Assembly (NCBI GenBank): GCA_964390805.1
Contig: CAYMKL010000006.1
Coordinates: 7,895-71,894, forward strand
DNA from: an uncultured Anaerolineae bacterium
GTDB taxonomy: Bacteria > Chloroflexota > Anaerolineae > VGOG01
Reading direction: 5' to 3'
DNA: 64,000 nt
Part shown: piece after piece, positions 59,380 through 64,000 of the stretch
Numbering within the stretch: position 1 is the first letter of the stretch
Layout of the letters: every line of letters starts with the position of its first letter
Program-made: the position numbers and the translations under genes
Notes under the pieces: model-generated
What the model was told of the DNA's origin: nothing
The model's input: only the letters and a program-made list of their open reading frames with translations
Database searches by the model: none

Positions 59380-60303
59380 CTATAGGCGCAGCCGCGGGTC
59401 GAGCGCGTCACGCAAACCATCGCCCAGCAGGTTGAAGCCTAGCACTGTGATCATGATCGCCAAGCCGGGGAAGAACACCAGGTGCGGCGCACTGAAGACC
59501 TGGTTCCGCTCGCTGGCTAACATGGATCCCCATTCAGGATCAGGGGGTTGCGCGCCCATCCCGATAAACGAAAGCGCAGCCGTCTCCAGAATGGCGCTGC
59601 CAATACCCAATGTGCCCTGCACGATCATCGGAGAGATGGCATTGGGCAAGACGTGCAAGAAGAGAATTCGCAATGGACTAGCCCCAATTGACCGGGCCGC
59701 CGAAACATATTCCTCCTCTTTGACCGACAGAACACTGGAACGGATAACTCGGGCAAACGCTGGAATATTGATGATAGCGATGGCCATCATCGCATTAGTC
59801 AAACCCGGCCCCAGAACAGCAACAATGGCAATGGCCAGCAGTAGAAAGGGAAAGGCCAGCACCACGTCAAGGACACGCATGATAACGTCTGATACCCATC
59901 CTCCGACATAGCCAGCTACAGCCCCCAGGATTGTCCCCACAATTATGGCGGCGCCAATGGTGACAAATCCAATACGTAGGGAGATACGGGTGCCATAAAT
60001 GATGCGGCTAAACTCATCCCGCACATTGCCATCAATGCCCATCAGGTGCTGGGGTTGGTCTTCAGGGCAACCCAGCAGGTGAATGCACGGATCTGCCCGT
60101 CTCTTAACCGATTCTACTCCGATTAGAACTTGAATCGGATCATAGGGTGCAATGATGGGGGCGAAAATCGCCACCAGGGTCAAGAACCCCAGGAGAATCA
60201 TCCCGGCGATTCCTGATCGTTGTCGAAAGAGGCGTCGAAGGGCCACCAACCACAAATTCTCAGAGCGTGAGTATTTTCGGAAATCTGTAGATAGAGTCTG
60301 CAT
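59380..60303 (-). CDS. Oligopeptide/dipeptide-type ABC permease (DppC/OppC-like)
   Basis: N-terminus typical of OppC (LWLVALRRLFRQRSGIAGMILLGFLTLVAIFAPIIAPYDP) and the conserved permease core region. Confidence 0.8.
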   Translation of the reverse strand: MQTLSTDFRKYSRSENLWLVALRRLFRQRSGIAGMILLGFLTLVAIFAPIIAPYDPIQVLIGVESVKRRADPCIHLLGCPEDQPQHLMGIDGNVRDEFSRIIYGTRISLRIGFVTIGAAIIVGTILGAVAGYVGGWVSDVIMRVLDVVLAFPFLLLAIAIVAVLGPGLTNAMMAIAIINIPAFARVIRSSVLSVKEEEYVSAARSIGASPLRILFLHVLPNAISPMIVQGTLGIGSAILETAALSFIGMGAQPPDPEWGSMLASERNQVFSAPHLVFFPGLAIMITVLGFNLLGDGLRDALDPRLRL

Positions 60304-60407
60304 TAATCGTTTCTCGAAAGCTCGGCAAAGTCTCCTGACCGCAGCCGCCTTTGGGCTCGGTCAGAGACCCTCGCCCAACGGAGTAGGAGCTTCTTTACTG
60401 TCTGCTT

Positions 60408-61487
60408 TCAGCTCATTTTAATGCGGGGATCGAGGAAAGCATACGATAGGTCTACCACCAGGTTTATGACGATATACCCTAACGCAACTACAACCGTGAA
60501 ACCCTGAATAATGGGAAAGTCGCGTGCAGTGATTGCTTCATATAGGCTTCGCCCTACCCCCGCCAGGCTGAAAATCGTCTCTGTGAGAATCGCCCCACTG
60601 AAGACCACACCCAGTTGAAGCCCCACTATCGTCACAATTGGTAGAAGCGCATTGCGGAAACCATGCCTCATCACTACCCATCGTTCAGACAGCCCCTTGG
60701 CCCGGGCCGTACGCATGTAGTCTAACCCCAATACCTGCAACATGCTGGAGCGAGTCATACGCGCGATAATTGCCATGGGAATAGTGCTGAGCGCCGCCGC
60801 AGGCAAGATCAGGTGCGTAATCGCGTCCTTTAGAACCTCCCAATTGAGGGTGATCAGGGAGTTAAAAACGTAGAAGTTGCCAACGAATTCCAACAACTTG
60901 GCGATCAACGCACCTTCTGTCAGTTCCCAACCATATACCTCATAGAAAGGCGTCGCTGCCAATCCCGCCGACAATCGCCCCGAGGGCGGCAACTGTAAGG
61001 GCGTACCTTTTAACACCAAAGCAAAGACATAGGCCAACATCAAACCCAGCCAGAATACGGGCATCGAAACCCCGACATTTGCCCATACCATCGTACCTAC
61101 ATCAACGGCAGAATTATGGCGCAGGGCCGAAACAATGCCAAGGGGTATGCCGACTAAACAAGCGATGAGCAATCCGGCAAAACCCAGTTCGATCGTCATT
61201 GGCAGGCGCTCGACCAGGATTTGGGTAATAGGACGACGAAACCGAATCGAGTTACCGAAATCGCCATGCGCTAACTCATTCATATAGATACCAAACTGAA
61301 CCAGAATGGGCTTGTCAAACCCCCTTTCGCGATTGAAACGCTCACAAACTTCATCGGTGGCTTTTTCTCCCAGCATCGCTTTGCAAGGGTCACCAGGAAT
61401 CGCCCGGGCTAGAGCAAAAGTGACCAGCAAAACACCAAACAAAACAGGCAATGAGGCCACAATGCGTCGAATGGCATATTTGATCAT
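60408..61487 (-). CDS. Oligopeptide/dipeptide-type ABC permease (DppB/OppB-like)
   Basis: MIKYAIRRIVASLPVLFGVLLVTFALARAIPGDP is the classic DppB N-terminus. Confidence 0.85.
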   Translation of the reverse strand: MIKYAIRRIVASLPVLFGVLLVTFALARAIPGDPCKAMLGEKATDEVCERFNRERGFDKPILVQFGIYMNELAHGDFGNSIRFRRPITQILVERLPMTIELGFAGLLIACLVGIPLGIVSALRHNSAVDVGTMVWANVGVSMPVFWLGLMLAYVFALVLKGTPLQLPPSGRLSAGLAATPFYEVYGWELTEGALIAKLLEFVGNFYVFNSLITLNWEVLKDAITHLILPAAALSTIPMAIIARMTRSSMLQVLGLDYMRTARAKGLSERWVVMRHGFRNALLPIVTIVGLQLGVVFSGAILTETIFSLAGVGRSLYEAITARDFPIIQGFTVVVALGYIVINLVVDLSYAFLDPRIKMS

Positions 61488-61600
61488 AGGGTTCCCCCAA
61501 AGTATAGAAAAACTGTTATCAAGAATAAGTAATGGGTTGAGTTCTGTAGGGGCAGTACCTTACACCTGCTGTTGAGGGACGACTGCGTTCCCAGGCAATG

Positions 61601-61650
61601 GTGCGGGGTGGCATATTGCCAATCATTGAGGCAGATAAGCCACCCCGCAC
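61601..61650 (-). other. Intercistronic hairpin (12-bp GC-rich stem GTGCGGGGTGGC/GCCACCCCGCAC) between the SBP gene and dppB-like gene
   Basis: Read directly from the sequence. Lies about 50 nt after the SBP stop. Confidence 0.5.
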
Positions 61651-61699
61651 TGTTGTTAGCACACGCTCAAGTTAAGCTAAGCACTGGCAACAGAATGCC

Positions 61700-64000
61700 T
61701 TATTCTTCAGCATTCATCAAGGCATTCCACAGGTATGTGAAGTACTGGAAGGTACCTGTGTTGCCGACGTGATACGGGCTAGCCGCGTTTATGCCTGCTT
61801 CCCAGGACGCAAGCACGTCTTCGGCGCCGAAGTCTGAGCCGTCGTGGAACTTGACACCTTCACGCAGATAGCAGGTCCACACGGTGGAGTCCGCGTTCGG
61901 CTCACACGACGTGGCCAGCGCAGGGATGGTGTCGCCGGAGTCAAGCTTGTAGTTCAGGAACGGCTCAACGATCTGCTCACAGATCGACAACGACTCGCCA
62001 TCGGACTCGTCGCCACAGTATATGCTGATGGGCTCTGCGTTCTGCATCCAGATAACGGTGTCTTTGCCCGGATCAAGCTTGGCGAGGACGGGCGCACCAA
62101 ACGGACGAGCATGCGCAGTCATGTCAGCCCGCGCTGCTTGAGCTGAAGCGCCGTTAGCAATCGGCACCATCGGTACCAGCTCGCGGATGGCGTTGTTAGC
62201 CTCGACGTAGAGTTCCACGGCCGCTGCCGGGTCGCCGATCTGAGCGCCTGCTTCCAGTGGTTCGTAGATCTCCGGGTGTGGATCGCCAAACTGCTGGGTG
62301 TTCCTGCCAAAGTGGAAGTCCAGGAAGTTGGTCACGTGCGGATAGTCCGCTCCCCAACCCAGGAGGTAGAAGCCATCCAACTGGCAAGTCGTTGACAAGT
62401 CAATGAACTGCCCAGACTCCATCACGATCACTTCGGCGTCAATGTTCAGGTTTTCCTTCAACTGGGCCTGGAATTCAACTGACACCAAGCCAGGCTCTGG
62501 CAAGTAGCCGCGGAACACGTCGCGGTAGGTAATCGTGGTCTCAAAGCCATCGGGGAATCCCGCCTCGGCCAGCAACGCGCGGGCAGCTTCGGGGTCAAAG
62601 TCGTACCATGGATCGCCGGCGCAGCCATTGGGCAGACTGCACGGTGTAAAGTGCGTGGGTACGACAGAGCCTTCGGGGTAGAAGTTGTCTACGATGCGCT
62701 GGCGGTCAATCCCCATAGCGATGGCCTGGCGAACTTTGAGGTTGCCATAGGGCTCCTTCAAGTTGCACATCGCCAGGTACAGGATGTTGGGGTTGGGGAC
62801 TGGCAGAAGCTGCAAGTTGGGATCGCTCTTGACGGTCTCGAAGTCATCCGGGCTAACATTGGTGATCTGGTCCACATTGCCGGACTGCAACTCCAGCAAG
62901 CGGGCCGCGCCTTCCGTCGCCCAGCGGATGACCGCGGTCTCGGCGATGGCCGGCTCACCCCAGTAGTCGTCGAAGCGCTTGAGAACAATGCTCTCCCCGC
63001 GGTTCCAAGACTCCAGCATGTAGGGGCCGGTGCCAATGGAATTCTCCAGGATTTCGCCTGAGGCAGCGGTGGCTTCGATGTGTTCTTTGGGTTGGACGCT
63101 AAAGGGGATAAAGGCCACCTTGGCCAGGAAAGCTGGGTCAGGTGAGCACATTGTGAACTGAACAGTGTAGCGGTCAAGAGCTGCGATTTCCTTGATCTTG
63201 CCGCCATAGTCACAATCGGGAGCCACGATGGACGCCAACTCATCCGCAGTCTCCTTGGTGATGTCCTCACCGAACCACTCCATGGATAGCGCGGTCAAGG
63301 TACCATCGCTGTGCATGTCCGCCAGGATGTCGTTGAGCTTGGCCAGCAGCCTTGCACTGGGCCCACGCGACTTGTCCAGCGCGAAGGATAGGGGCTCGTA
63401 GAAGGCCGGAGCGCCCAGCAGCTTGATGGGCACACCCTCATCAATGGCGCCTTGCAGGGTGGGAATGGCCGACATCACAGCGTCCAGTCGGGCGCCGTCG
63501 CCCAAGCGCAGGTCTTCGATGGCATTGGCGTCAGTGGGATAGGTCCTCAGCTCTCCAGCCTCCCAGGCGACGTAGTTAACCTCATACCCCGCGATGGGAA
63601 TCTCGACATCCTTGTTCATGAAGTACTCGTAGGTGCACTCGCCGCACAGGCCGATGACTTTGCCTGCCAGGTCGTCCACCGATGTGAAGGTATTGTCCTC
63701 GTGCACAGCAAAGCCAGCCGGCGTGTAGTAGTAGGGATCAGTGAACCACAGCACCTCCCCCCGTGCCACCGTAGGGGTCATGCTGCCGATGCTGATGTCC
63801 CAGCGAGCACCCCAACTGCCAGCGGTGATGAGGTCCCAATCGGGAGTCACGAGCTCCAACTCGACGCCCAGCCGGGCAGCGACTTCTTTGTAGACGTCAA
63901 TGTCAAAGCCAACCATCTCCCCATCGTCGTCCAGGAAGCTCTGGGGAGCGTAGTTGGCATCGCTGGCGCCAACCAATACGCCGGCCGCCAGTATTTCGTC
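61700..64000 (-). CDS. Two-domain ABC substrate-binding protein: N-terminal SBP family 3 (polar amino acid type) fused to C-terminal SBP family 5 (peptide/opine type). Partial; the N-terminus lies beyond the window end.
   Basis: An SBP_bac_3-like region of about 250 aa (GFDIDVYKEVAARLGVELELV...LTALSMEWFGEDI) is followed by an SBP_bac_5-like region of about 500 aa. The ORF is open to the window edge. Confidence 0.75.
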   Translation of the reverse strand, partial: DEILAAGVLVGASDANYAPQSFLDDDGEMVGFDIDVYKEVAARLGVELELVTPDWDLITAGSWGARWDISIGSMTPTVARGEVLWFTDPYYYTPAGFAVHEDNTFTSVDDLAGKVIGLCGECTYEYFMNKDVEIPIAGYEVNYVAWEAGELRTYPTDANAIEDLRLGDGARLDAVMSAIPTLQGAIDEGVPIKLLGAPAFYEPLSFALDKSRGPSARLLAKLNDILADMHSDGTLTALSMEWFGEDITKETADELASIVAPDCDYGGKIKEIAALDRYTVQFTMCSPDPAFLAKVAFIPFSVQPKEHIEATAASGEILENSIGTGPYMLESWNRGESIVLKRFDDYWGEPAIAETAVIRWATEGAARLLELQSGNVDQITNVSPDDFETVKSDPNLQLLPVPNPNILYLAMCNLKEPYGNLKVRQAIAMGIDRQRIVDNFYPEGSVVPTHFTPCSLPNGCAGDPWYDFDPEAARALLAEAGFPDGFETTITYRDVFRGYLPEPGLVSVEFQAQLKENLNIDAEVIVMESGQFIDLSTTCQLDGFYLLGWGADYPHVTNFLDFHFGRNTQQFGDPHPEIYEPLEAGAQIGDPAAAVELYVEANNAIRELVPMVPIANGASAQAARADMTAHARPFGAPVLAKLDPGKDTVIWMQNAEPISIYCGDESDGESLSICEQIVEPFLNYKLDSGDTIPALATSCEPNADSTVWTCYLREGVKFHDGSDFGAEDVLASWEAGINAASPYHVGNTGTFQYFTYLWNALMNAEE

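Noticed and set aside
60304-60407. Short imperfect hairpin (CTGACCG...CGGTCAG) between the dppC-like and dppB-like genes
   Set aside because: The stem is only 7 bp with a large loop. It is an ordinary intercistronic spacer and not distinctive enough to call.

Overview
This is a high-GC (~62%) bacterial chromosomal window. Pro/Thr-rich linkers, DUF5666-type repeat proteins and overall gene content suggest Chloroflexota; that is a guess, not a measurement. It mixes housekeeping genes with several accessory blocks.

Housekeeping genes: ligA, plsY, PanE/ApbA family reductase, an RlmI-like rRNA methyltransferase and a NUDIX hydrolase.

Accessory blocks, in window order:
- 1-6.7 kb: a 2055-aa lipoprotein of the bacterial alpha-2-macroglobulin family with an intact CxEQ thioester motif.
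- 6.8-15 kb: an alpha-glucoside utilisation locus (ROK regulator, two ABC sugar permeases, a lipoprotein SBP, GH31 and GH15).
- 15-26 kb: a ~10 kb module bracketed by a near-identical ~0.8 kb direct duplication of the GH15 3' end plus its terminator. The module encodes two dockerin-bearing secreted proteins (a beta-propeller protein and an S8 protease), a six-repeat DUF5666-like protein, an ECF sigma factor with a putative anti-sigma factor, and a TPR-CHAT protein.
- 26-28 kb: a type IV minor-pilin operon (PilV/W/X-like).
- 34.6-41.8 kb: an operon for a heteromeric FAD/Fe-S amino-acid or opine dehydrogenase (two SoxB/OoxB-like beta subunits and one OoxA/HcnAB-like alpha subunit) with an ornithine-cyclodeaminase-family enzyme. 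A REP-flanked RAYT (IS200-like HuH transposase) gene sits inside this operon.
- 42.8-49.9 kb: a defence-island-like region with a 960-aa TIR-NB-ARC-TPR STAND protein, two PIN toxin/antitoxin pairs, a LysM-FGE-sulfatase lipoprotein, two families of small palindromic repeats and a small ORF broken by a 19-bp tandem duplication.
- 53-64 kb: three tandem non-pyrrolysine MttB-superfamily methyltransferase paralogs, followed by an unusual ABC locus. That locus has a fused SBP_3+SBP_5 binding protein, DppBC-type permeases with no DppDF ATPases, and a polar-amino-acid permease with its ATPase.

I saw no rRNA, tRNA or CRISPR arrays by eye. All coordinates and calls come from reading the sequence and the ORF track; no database searches were run.
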